64,000 nt of DNA, taken from the IMG/VR virus record IMGVR_UViG_3300023184_000072, positions 1-64,000 of that record. One strand, given 5' to 3'. The position numbers and the translations under genes were made by a program. Source of the stretch: a virus. Under the pieces are notes generated by a model that was not told the origin of the DNA, did no database searches, and was given only the letters and a program-made list of their open reading frames with translations. Of the stretch, positions 25,901-37,000 are shown piece by piece; position 1 is the first letter of the stretch; each line of letters begins with the position of its first letter.

Positions 25901-28056
25901 TCTGATATTTCTTGTTCAGAAAATCCTTCTTTACTTTTAAACTTTTCATTATATGTATTAATAAGACTTTGTATCTGTACATTTAATATTTTAGATTGGT
26001 ATAATAAAGGACCAATATCTTGTTTCATTTGCAATTGTCTAATTGCAGAATAAAGAGCATTCAATTGTTCAGCTTTATTTAATCTTTCTGATGGTAATGC
26101 TTTCTGTTCAGATAGCTTTGCATATATGTCATTTAGTTTATCTAAAAGAACATTTATCTTCTTAGTTGCTTCTGTATCATTTTCAATAATAACTTTCTCA
26201 CCAGCTACACCAACAGGAATTAAATAGTCTTGTTTAATGTTTTTAATATTAACATCTCCTATTTCTATTTGCAATAGTTTAGGAAGCACCTTTGTTTTTG
26301 GATTTGCTTCAGAATAAACTGCTCTGATAGGAATCATTCTAGTTTGTCCAAAGTCTTTTATATCTACACCATAATTATCTTTGATGATAGTTTTATATTG
26401 TTTCATCTGTCTATCCCAAGAAGCAACATTGTACCAAGGAACATCTTGATATCTTTGTGTATCAAGTCCAATAAACTTCCAGTCAAGAATATTAACCTTT
26501 CCTTCAGGAGTGACCGCTAAGAAATCCACTGTACCAGCAACACTTCTTTTAGGATCATATATTGTCATCTCTGACATAAACACTGTATCTTTATCAAATG
26601 ATTCAAGACGTGATCTAAGATTATCTCTTAGTAGCTCATAGATAGTGTTATCATTTGGATCAATGAATGATACATGATTATCATTTAATACAGCAGCATC
26701 CATCTCATCACTACTTTTTCTTTTACCATTCTCATCTGTAAACAAACTAAATGCATGCTCAAAGTCTTTGTGACCTGCAGTACCCTTATCAGCTTTTAAT
26801 GTATTGATTGCTTTCTTGTATTCAGAATCAGTTAGTGCATCTTGTGCACGTATTTCATCATACCAAGTTTTAATAATATTACTAACTCTATTTTTTATTT
26901 CTTTACCATCAATAAAATACTTTTCCTCTTCACCACCAAGTTCATTCTTAACAGCTTTCTTTTCAATTCTACTAGCCACTTCTTTAATACCATTAACAAC
27001 TTTTTGTTGTTTAGATAATTGGAAGAACATTTCTCCTGCATTCTCTCTAATATCTTCAACTGTACCTATTGCTTCACCTCTAATAATTTTCATAGCAGCC
27101 ATATCAAAGCCACTCTTAGTAAATAAGTTTTTTAAATAATTAACAATCTGTTCCCACCATCCTTCAGCATTTGCAATGCGTTCTGGTTTCTCTGTATTGT
27201 TCTCATTATTATTAATGATAGTTTCAACTAACACCTTAGCAATAGCTTCTTCTTTAAGTTTGATTACATTTGGTTTACCATCTATTTGATAAGCAGGATT
27301 ATTTCCATATGATTCAAATACCTCATTCATTATAGCATAACTATTAATTTCACTCATCAACTTTTTATACAAAGCTGGATTAGTTTGTTTAATAATAGCA
27401 ACAGCAAAGTGCATAGCTTCTTCAGGAAGAGCTGTTGCTTCTTTACCATCTATCACTTGAATAAGTTTTTGTGTAAGTAGTGCAACAGCATTAGCATCTT
27501 GCTTAATACCATTCACTACAATATTATCCATTGATTTTACATCTACACCAATGTTCTTAAGAAAGTCTTTTATTAGAGATAAAGTTTGCGGAGAAGCAGA
27601 TGTTGGTATAGCTTCTTCTTCTTTTTGAAACATTAAATCTTGTTCTTTATATCCTTGACCAAATGCATTTTTATATTGTTCATAATCAAAAGTTTTACCT
27701 GTTTTAGTAAAACCATTTTGTAAAAGAGCAGTAAGAGAAATATCAAAAATTGGATGACTGTCTATTTCTTCATCTAATGTTCCATCAGGATTTAAATTAT
27801 ATACAGATTCTATTTGAACAGGATCTAAATTATAAAATGGAATTTGATCAGCAGTTGAAATTGCTTCATATTGTGTATCATAAGATTCTTCTGAAAGAGC
27901 TTCCTGATTTAAAAACTGAGAACCTACACGATTAGAATCATGAACCATATATTCAACTCCATCATATTCTATAATCTCACCTTGTTTAGGAATATATTTT
28001 TCAGCAAATGCTTCTTCAGTCATTTGTTGATTATTATATGTTATTATACAACTCAT
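22990..28056 (-). CDS. Large putative ejected virion protein with degenerate zincin-like and PD-(D/E)XK nuclease domains
   Basis: LPEEAMHF; GTAGH..FE...SE..IYD....AGTVDFL....G..NILDWK; directly follows the virion RNAP gene, as in crAss-like phages. Confidence 0.7.
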   Translation of the reverse strand: MSCIITYNNQQMTEEAFAEKYIPKQGEIIEYDGVEYMVHDSNRVGSQFLNQEALSEESYDTQYEAISTADQIPFYNLDPVQIESVYNLNPDGTLDEEIDSHPIFDISLTALLQNGFTKTGKTFDYEQYKNAFGQGYKEQDLMFQKEEEAIPTSASPQTLSLIKDFLKNIGVDVKSMDNIVVNGIKQDANAVALLTQKLIQVIDGKEATALPEEAMHFAVAIIKQTNPALYKKLMSEINSYAIMNEVFESYGNNPAYQIDGKPNVIKLKEEAIAKVLVETIINNNENNTEKPERIANAEGWWEQIVNYLKNLFTKSGFDMAAMKIIRGEAIGTVEDIRENAGEMFFQLSKQQKVVNGIKEVASRIEKKAVKNELGGEEEKYFIDGKEIKNRVSNIIKTWYDEIRAQDALTDSEYKKAINTLKADKGTAGHKDFEHAFSLFTDENGKRKSSDEMDAAVLNDNHVSFIDPNDNTIYELLRDNLRSRLESFDKDTVFMSEMTIYDPKRSVAGTVDFLAVTPEGKVNILDWKFIGLDTQRYQDVPWYNVASWDRQMKQYKTIIKDNYGVDIKDFGQTRMIPIRAVYSEANPKTKVLPKLLQIEIGDVNIKNIKQDYLIPVGVAGEKVIIENDTEATKKINVLLDKLNDIYAKLSEQKALPSERLNKAEQLNALYSAIRQLQMKQDIGPLLYQSKILNVQIQSLINTYNEKFKSKEGFSEQEISDFVKSLRLAEDALQHYITLDTDLDFLFEGKLSDEDKELKEELRDTAYQSRKLNSNLSDIFTEFTVEQIGGTEKGEKVVKGLFSKWLGTTSTIQLKGMAALFQKANAAFGRAGMDTQTEVARLTKLKNEYQAWASAKGLSAKNMFNMIKKKGSNELIDEYKPEFYNELKKATDKNVKDVKWIKDNIDVEAYKKYLENKREEEYNRIDNLPRLGTQEQNEYDIAAEKAKVASLYSITADNSLGWLLYREAKQFPKDKWQSEEWKELHKKDASGNYLNKPALDFYNYIIERNEAYAAIGYISNGQARTFLPWLRKGLSEKLIFGGKITIGEQFLKNISVDEDEVGMGKYDPINGNVVNKIPKYLTREFEGQHSEDLFKTMAMYNEFAIKFQYLSSIEDQALALLRLEKNKQAIATSMFNKTQKDANGDLIYINNNDENSKLIEDMIKAIIYQQKYIESEAYDQLLGKFGNFGTTINKTLGFKLLPENLDGRQISINKAITQMNNTFQVTALGLNILSSSSNYFGGTAQGFINAGKYFTKKDYVSTEQWLLGNKMGGEDKQKILAALDYFIPFTESYNKHAATKLSINKLDDQALQDWLMIMMIEGDLAVQRLNFFSFLKNTIVLDGQVVNVREYLKTTDEFKNFYEGTQSERDARAEKYEKAVEELIKEKGVLNVSNVVDGKLVIPGIDRKSDSVLELRRKVQSFTADALGSMTEENKRLMNLNIYGNSFMVFKNWIPRLVDVRMGNIKYNAASDAYEWGRTRMIARIISDDFRGSIANLKNSLMGNDKGMDYIRQLYDKKRADYKADTDKELEMTEDEFIDLVRANIKNQLIDVLFYAALWALFLGLKAMAPDDDEDPMVKNQWKFALKATDKFKDEIGYFYNPGSLLSIPEKGIFPAMGLLNNYEKGLEGFLKESYGLATGDDDLVEKTSVIKYWMKTNPITNQAAGMLPMFYPSLAKDLKIKMQSQSGIR

Positions 28057-31000
28057 GATTTACAATTTTTATCTATTATGTTATTTTCTTTAAGTGCATT
28101 TACAATATCTGTTGTATTAGATTTTGTAAGTATTTCTGTTGGTAAAGATACAACTTCTTCTTGAATTTCACCACCATAAAAGCTAACAATATCTGCATCA
28201 TTTAACTCTCTTGTTGTTTTCAATGTACCATTATCAATTACAGAAGGTCTGAAGTCTGTGTAGTTCTCTGTAGCTCTATTACCATCCCCATAAAGATTTA
28301 CTAGTTTGTATACAGATTGTGGAAATCCTTTTTTATCTAGTATTCTTAATGGTTCTCCTGTAGATAAAAACACTCTCTTATATCCAAGTACATCATTTAA
28401 AGAGTAGTCTCCTTTTTTCTTTCTAGCAGCATAGTTAGCACCAGTAACAGTGTTACCAGTTAGTACATCAACTCTCACACCACTTTTCAATTTCACCACT
28501 CTAGGTACAGCAACATAGTCACTATTCATAGCTTTTTGATTATACTTATCTCCAATCACTAACACTTGTCTATCTATTGATTGAAGATTCATTGAATCAA
28601 TCTTTGGAAAAGAAGGAGAGTAATAACCAGTAGTGCTAGGAAGTCCTAGTATCTCAGCAGCATAATCTACACTCTTAGGTTTAAAGAATGGTGTAACTCT
28701 AGGCATAATCAATGCATCATTAAAATTATTTCTTTGGAACATTCCATCAGCAAATGCTTTTAATGTTTCATCAGAAGAAATAGAATTAACAACAGGAGCC
28801 ACTATAGTAGAATAATCTTCTATAGGAATAATGTTCTTAATAGATATAGCTGATTGATAACTTCCTTGTAGAATAGATAGAGCAATTAAATGTCTATATA
28901 ACACTTTTGTGTCAGCATTATAATCTCTAAGTTCTCTCATCATATCTGTATAGAGATCTTCATCATATGCATCTTTGATGTTAGCTCTAAGCTCTACACT
29001 CTTAGCTCCATTCTCTCTTTCAGAAGGAACAACTTGTAAGTCTTTTAGTATTTGTAAATCAGGATATTTTTGTTTTGCTATCTCTAATCTATTAGCAACA
29101 GATGTTTTTGCATTAACAAGAAGATTTTCTGTTCTACTATTAATACCAGTTTTAGTTTGTATAATGTAATCTAAGAATGCCATTTTAGCTTTGTTAGATA
29201 TCTTATTGAAGTTATCAATACTAAGGTATTTATTCTTAGCATAAGTTTTCATTATATCTTCTGTAATGATTCTAAGATTGTCTTGCTCTAATTTGAATAT
29301 AGCTCCCATTGCTTGCATGGATGCAGAAAGAAGCTTAGCTTGATTTCCAAGGAATGTATTATCAAGAATTTCTTTTGCAGAAGAAATAATGTTTATATCA
29401 TTAGCTTTCTGCGTTTGTAATTCTTTTCTTGCAAACATATCTCCAGATCCAAATCTACTTGTATCATAGTTTGTAGCTTGTGTGAAATCAAAATTAAATT
29501 CAGCCATCTTGGCATATTTCAAGAACTCTTTGAGAATAGCTTGTTGTTCACCATTCTCTTTTGTATTAAATTTACTAGCGGCATATTTAGATATATTTCC
29601 TTTTAATCCATCTACATTTATATTAGCATTATCAATTTCTTCTTGTGTTGAAGGAAACAATGATTTAGCATAATTAATATTATCTTCATAGAAAAGATTA
29701 GAAGAATTATTAGCATTTACAATTCTTAAATATTCTGAAATGATTGGTTGATTCAAAAAGTATATAGATTGTTCTCCTGCACCAATATTCTCTAAGAACA
29801 TGAATGTTCCAATAACAAGATTTGATTGAATGATTCTTGTAATAAAGTCATCCTTAGCTACATCCACTACAGCTGTTGCATATCCAGAAAGTCTATTAGA
29901 GATTAATTGATTAGTTCCATCAGCAGTTCTTGTTCCACCTAAAGATATTCTATCTACACCATTCACCTTTGTAGTGTTATGTTTCAATACAATACTTCCA
30001 TCACCTAATAATTCTTGGTCTTCTTTAGATAAACCATCAAACTTAGCAGGATCAATATAAGCTTGTATCTTTTGTCTTAATGAAAGATTTGTAATATTTA
30101 CAGCTACAACACCAACCCATCTTTTACCCATAAGAAATGAGTTTCTCAAATTGGTCATGTAGTTTCTATTAAGAATTCTATTTGGAATTTTGTTCTCATC
30201 AATTCCTCTTAACTTATCTAATTCTCCAGCAGCATCTTTTAATCCAGCATCATCTACAGGAGATACAAGTCTTTCAAAGTTTTCAGGAAGCGTGATAAGT
30301 TTTTCAAGACTATCATAGTATTCATTCTCAAGAGCTTTCTTATACATATCTTTTACATACTCAATACGCAATTCAGCTTGTAAGTTTTTATCTGTTAACT
30401 TATTAAGATCTTTCTCAATCAATTCTCTGAACTCATATGGGTTTTCATATTGTTCTTCTTTAGCTTTGATATAATCTCCATAGATATTAAGTAGTCCTTT
30501 TGGATCTTCTAATCCATAAACAACAATATCTAATGCTTCTATAAGATCAGCTTTCTTCATTTGTTTAACACCAAGAGTATCATCAAACACTTTACCATAG
30601 AAGTCTTTTGTATTCTGTTCATCACCTTGTAATCTAACAAGTTTAATATTACCTGTTCTATCTACATACACAGATTTAAGGTACATGTTCAACTTATCAA
30701 TATCAAAATCCGATCCAGCTTTAGTAGTAATCTCTGAAGGTACTACAACTGTTGCTCCCATATATTGTGGAAGGAATCCTTTCACTCTAAACACCTCAGC
30801 AGAAGAAAGAGCTTGTGTAGGAATTCTAAATCCAATACCAGAAAGAATTGATCTTCCTTCTTCTGTACCATTTAAATATTTCAATAACTCGTTATCTGTT
30901 TTAAATTTGTTTTTGAATTTATCTTTAAACCAATGAGGAAGTAACACTTCACAATATGGTTGTTCTTTAGTATAGAATTTAAGACTCTCATCTGTAAGCA

Positions 31001-34000
31001 TTACACCAGCTTTTTCTTCATCAGTTAATGTTTCATACTTCTCTTTAGTTATCTTCTCCCATATGCCTTCCTTGTTCTTCATAACAATACTTCTACCTTT
31101 TGTAAAAGACTCAAGCATTGTTGCAGGCATTTGTACATGTGCTCCTCCATTCATTTTAGGAGAAACAATTGCTTTATCAATCATTGAGTAAACAATACTT
31201 CTAATCTGTACATAAGAAGGAGAAGCTTCAAATGGAATCATAAACTGATTCTCATCATTAAGTTTGATTGTTTGTTTTGTATTAGTAGAAACTTCTCTTC
31301 TCATCATCTCTCTCATTAATGTTTCAGATACACTTTTACCATCTTTCATTACAAATCCATTACCAAGATCTTCTATACCTAATCTGTTAAGAAGTTCATT
31401 GTATGCATTTTGATGCATTGCATTAAGAATGTCTGTATTACGTTTATATTCTTCTGCAGCTCTAGGACTTGTTGGAATACCATTATCAAATAAATCTATA
31501 CTTGCAATCTTAGTAATCTGAGAACCTCTAGTTTGTGATTTGTTATCACTACTAGCTGTCTCCACTTGAATACCATAAGCTTTCCAAGGAACTTGTACAA
31601 TAGATTCATCAGAGAAAGCTTCAGTGTTAAATGAACCATCTCCATTGTAAAGACTATGTAACTCTTGTGCTCCCACCTTTCTACCTGATTCAACAATAGC
31701 ATAACCTATATTTTGATTCTTCATTTGAACATATAGCTTCTCAAGGTTAGTTCCTTTCACCATACTATAGTAGATAGGCACTTGAGAGAACTTATCTAAT
31801 ATAAGATCAAAATTGTTTTTATTAAACTTGTTTCCAGATACAATAGGTTTTAATATCTCTGTTGTATATTTAGGACGTGGAGTTTCCATAAGCTTAACAT
31901 CATGTGCTCTTAAAGCTTCACTAGTATATTCATATCCAGGAAGATTTTGTCTTGTAAAAGCCATTTCCCATTGGAACCATTTTTCTTCTGGTCCTTGTAA
32001 ATCCCATTGTCCATTCTTAAGTTTAATCTCTCTGTGTGTTGTATCCATTAACCATGAAACAGCATCTGCCTCATTTGTTTTTGAATATAATGAATTAATA
32101 GCAGAAAGACTACCTGCAGTGATAACATCTTTTACAGTGATAGTATTAGTATGAGATTTATGTAAGTGATATCCAGGATCATTCTCTGTTAACTTAATAC
32201 CATCAGCATTGTTTATATTATTATTCAAATATGTATTATATTCAGCACTATCAAATGTTGTTCTTCTTGGAGATAGAAAAGATTTAATACGTTTAGTTTC
32301 ATCTAATGCTCCTCCTTTTTTAACAGCAAATTGATATGGATCTCCAAATAATATTTTGTGATATTCTATGTTAGCAATAATATAATTAACATTAGCATAT
32401 GTTATAATATGATTTATATCATCAGCAGATAAAGAATTTTTCTTTAATGATTCAGCTTTAAGGAAGTTATCATCAAGATCTTGGTAAGCATATGTATCTT
32501 TTCCTACTGGATTAATTTTATCATTTGCTTTAAGAACATTTGTTGTGTCTACAACCATAGTATCAATAAATTCTTTTACAGAGTTATTAATATCAGATAT
32601 GTTATCATTTACATATGCTGTGATTTCTTCAAGAGTGCGACCATCTTCAATCATTTCATTGATTGCTTCTAAATTCTTAGGTGCAAGAATATCTTTAAAG
32701 AATCTAAGTTGTTTAGGTCTATTTACTATTTCATCTATTTCTTCAGCTAGATCAGATAGTTTTTTTCTATCTTCTTCTGTTTTATTTTTCTTAGTAAATA
32801 GAGCAGCAAACTCTTTATTAAGTTGTTCAATTTTTTGTAGATTACCAACATTATTTAACTTCTCTCTATTTGTATAATCTAGAGCTAAATTAATGTCATC
32901 CATTAAATATCCTTTGAATATAGAATTAACATCTGTATAAGAGTTTCTTGCTATAGAATCAAATGAAACATTGTTACCAATATTCATCATCCATTCTGTA
33001 GATCCATCTGCAGGAATAAGGATGTAATATTTACCATTAAGGTTTTGATTAATTTCCATTGTAAATCTATCACCTATTGTTAATTTAGATGTAGAAGTAC
33101 CTTTATCATCATCTTGATTTTCTTCTCCTTGTATAACAGAAACTTTGAAATCTTTTATTTTGTTTCCATCCTTATCATAGAACAATCCACCTTTTTTCAA
33201 GACTTGACTACCTGTAGAGAACACATCATTTAATTCAGGTCTTGATTGTTTTAATTGATCAATAGTTGCTGATTCATTAAATTCATTCTCAAATACAGAT
33301 GGTGTATTGTTTTCAGAGAAAGCACCAATACGTTGTCCCTCTACACCAAAGTATGTACTCTCTTGTGAAGGATTGTTCACTTTATTATATAGTTCAGCTA
33401 ATGTAGATAATGGCCCACCAATATCTAATGTTTTACCAGAGATGCTCATTAAATCATTGTTACTTCCAAAGTAACCATATATACTTTCTACTTGGTCAGT
33501 AAAACTATTTTTACCTACTTTATCACTAGGTTTAAGTTTAACATATGTATCATAATCAAACGTAACTCCAATAGCATTTAACATTGCTATCATGGCTTTA
33601 GGTTTTCTTATAGGCATATCTTTAAGTGCATCCTGATCTATTACATATTTATTATTTATATATTTAACAATAGTTCCATCTCCTTTAGCTAAAGTTTGAA
33701 TGTTTGTCATCCATTCTTTTTCTGTTTGTTGAGTAGCTGTAAATAAATTAGCAGCTCCTGTATGAACACTATCAGCAGATTTATATTGTATTAATGCATT
33801 TGGTTTTTGTCTAGCAAATGTTTGTATAAATTGAACAAATAATCTCCAGTCATTATCATTAAACTCACCAAATGGAACCACCTTATCTTTACCACCCACC
33901 TTTTGGAATACACTAACATAGTTAGAATCATCCTGTGCTAGGTTGAATAATTTATTTGTAAATGCACCAACACTAGATGTATTAGAAAGTTTATCTAATA

Positions 34001-37000
34001 ATGTAGAAAACACTCTACTAAAGTTTAAAAGTTTATATCCTTCAATCTCATTACCTTCAATAGTCATTTTAGAATACTTATTCTTAAGAGGAGTGCTTAA
34101 TGTAATAGCACTTTCTTGATTGCTAGGTTCTCTTTCAATCACTGTAGAACATAAAAACTTAACTGCAGGAGCAGAATTCTTCTTAGTATCTAATGTGAAT
34201 GGCTCAGCAGCATAATCATTTTTATTTGATTCTTCATTATTAATGCTTTGTACATCTTCATCATTAAAGTTGATACCTCTTGTACGCAATTGATCTCTTA
34301 CTTCTTGTTTAAGATCTTCCCATGTTTTATCACTTAGTAATTGTCTTCTACCTTCTTCAATAAGCATATCCTCAATCTTACCAAACATTTCTGTTCCAGT
34401 AATTCTTTCAGGATTAAATAAAAGACTCTTATCTCCTTCTCTAAATAATATACCAGCAGCTCTTGCTGTCATATCCTGTACAAAGTTATTAGCTTGTTGT
34501 GCAGTTAGCTGAGATACTCTACTATATTCAGAGAATGGATTATTATTTACAAAGTTTTTAAATCCTTCTACGTCTTGCTTACCACCTAGTATGTGAATTT
34601 GTTCTGGCTCAAATACTATATATTCTGAATCATTTCCATAATAATCCTCTACAATAATACCATTTCCTGAACCTTCAAATTTTTTTCTTAAGTCTCTAGC
34701 ATAACTCTCAACTGATTTAGGAGTCTCTCCTTCTATAGTTAAATCGTCTATTAAATTATTATGACTTTCAAAATCTATACGTGTGCTTATTTTTGGTATA
34801 TTAATTAAGTATGAGTTTGCTTTATAAAAATTACCTTCATAATCCTCTCCATAATCCCTAGCATCTTTTTCGTTTTTAGCAAAAAAACCACCAAGATATG
34901 CAGAAATATTAGTTATAAATTTTTCTTTTCTTGTATTTGGTAATATTTTCTCACCAGAAGGATTAGCATGATAAACAATATCTTTAACTTGACTATCAGG
35001 AAATATAGAATCAATATATTGAGAATATTGTTGAGGTGTTCCTATATTAGTTAACTCTGGACTAGAGTCAAATATTTCTTGCACACCTTCTTTAACTACA
35101 GGAGTAGCTAATGTTCTTTCTTTAAACTTACCTGATTCAATTGCTTTAAAGAATTCTTCTTTCAAAGATGGTTTAACTACAAATGATTTAAAGAAATCCA
35201 TTATAGCTTTAAAGAATCTACGAACTTTTTCTCCTAATGATCTAGCAGGTAATTTACCTTTTCTAAACTCAGAGAAGTCATCCATTATTCTTTCTTCAGC
35301 TTGAAGATCTGTAGCATCTGCATAAGCAATCTTTTTACGAGAAGCTCTATCAGTAAATGTACCAGACTTAGATTTGAACTCATCTAGTAAAGCTCTTTGC
35401 TCTTCAGGAGATAACATACCTTTAAATATAGCATGGCCTATCTCATGATACTCTGTACCTCTTAATCCTCCACGAACAAACTTAGCTACACCATCTTCAA
35501 ATGCACCCCAAGCTTTTTCTCCATCATATGTATCAATAAGATTTTCTAACACTTCAAAAGGAATGTTAGGAACATTTTCTGCATGCCATTCTTTGAACAA
35601 TTCTAATTCAGCCTCTGTCATTCTTTCATTCTCATCAAGCCCCACCTTTCTGAAATCACCACCTGGTTTTTTCTGAACAGGAACAACTGGTTTTTCTGTT
35701 GGAGTTTCTAAAGCAGCTTGTTCTGCATCATATTTAGCATTGATTTCATTAAATAAATTTATAAATTTAGTTGCTATTCCTTCATTGAATTGATGTATTC
35801 TATCTATTACAGAATAACTATTTGCTTTTAGTAAATCTAAACTTTGTTCAAAACTTATAGATGCAGCAGGACTTCCTTTTTTAAAATTAGTTAATTTGTC
35901 TTTTAATTCTTCTTGTCTTCTTTTTTCTATATCAGCTTTCTTATCATCTATATCAGAAACTTCTTCTACTACTTCTTCAGCTACAGGAGCTTCTTGTGCA
36001 GGAGCTGCTGCTTTTAACTTATCTAACTCTGCTGAAATTCTAAGAGCTAAATAATCTGTAATATATTTCTCTTCTTCTTCTAAAGGAATAGAAGCATCAA
36101 ATCTATTAGCTGCTTTTAGTGCTCCTTTAATCTTTTCAAATGTAGGTTTATCTGCAAAAAGTTTTGCAGTTGTTTCATTACTCTCTACCTCTACATTAAA
36201 GTTACTATCAGCATCTTCTATTGCTGTAAACTGTACAGGACCAGCATCAATAATATATGGATTTGATGTTGTACCATCTATTACATATTCTCCTAATGTA
36301 GGAACTTCCACACCAGCAGGTGCTTCTTCTTTAGCTTTTTGTACAGGTGTAATTATTTGTACATTAAAACTATCTGGTTCTGCTATTGTAGAATATCTTT
36401 GTTTAAAAGAATAAGGTCTTCCTGGAATAGGTTTAGCTATAGATGTAGACAAAGGAGTATCACCAGAAGGTCTAGCTTTACCACTAGGATATGTTTTAGC
36501 CAATAAGAATGTTTGGTAGTTTGTCCATTTACTAGATGTAAACTGACCATCTTTATTAATGTACCACTCTTCAAATGGAGCTTGTGCAAAATCAGTTAAT
36601 GTTTTATTATTAACGCTTATAAATGCTTTCTCAGTTAAGTGTTCTTTTATATCTGCTTCATGTTGAGCTATGTCTGATAAAGGATAACTCTTATTACCAA
36701 GTTTCAAACTCATTGATTCAATATCAATACGTATTTGATTAGGAGAAGTTGTATCATCTTTTGATTTCCAATATAATACATTCTGTAAGAATGTTGTAAA
36801 CTGTCTATTTAAAGTTACTCTTTGTCCTGTGTTAGCTTGTTCTACAGCAGTGTTTGCAAGTCTTTTAATCACTTCATATGTACCAGCTGCTTCTCTATCA
36901 TTAAATGTTCTATTGTTTAAGAATGCAATAGTATCTCCATATTGTAATACAGGAACTCCAGGAGGTGTTTTTTGTATCTCACCTTTACTATTAACAATAG

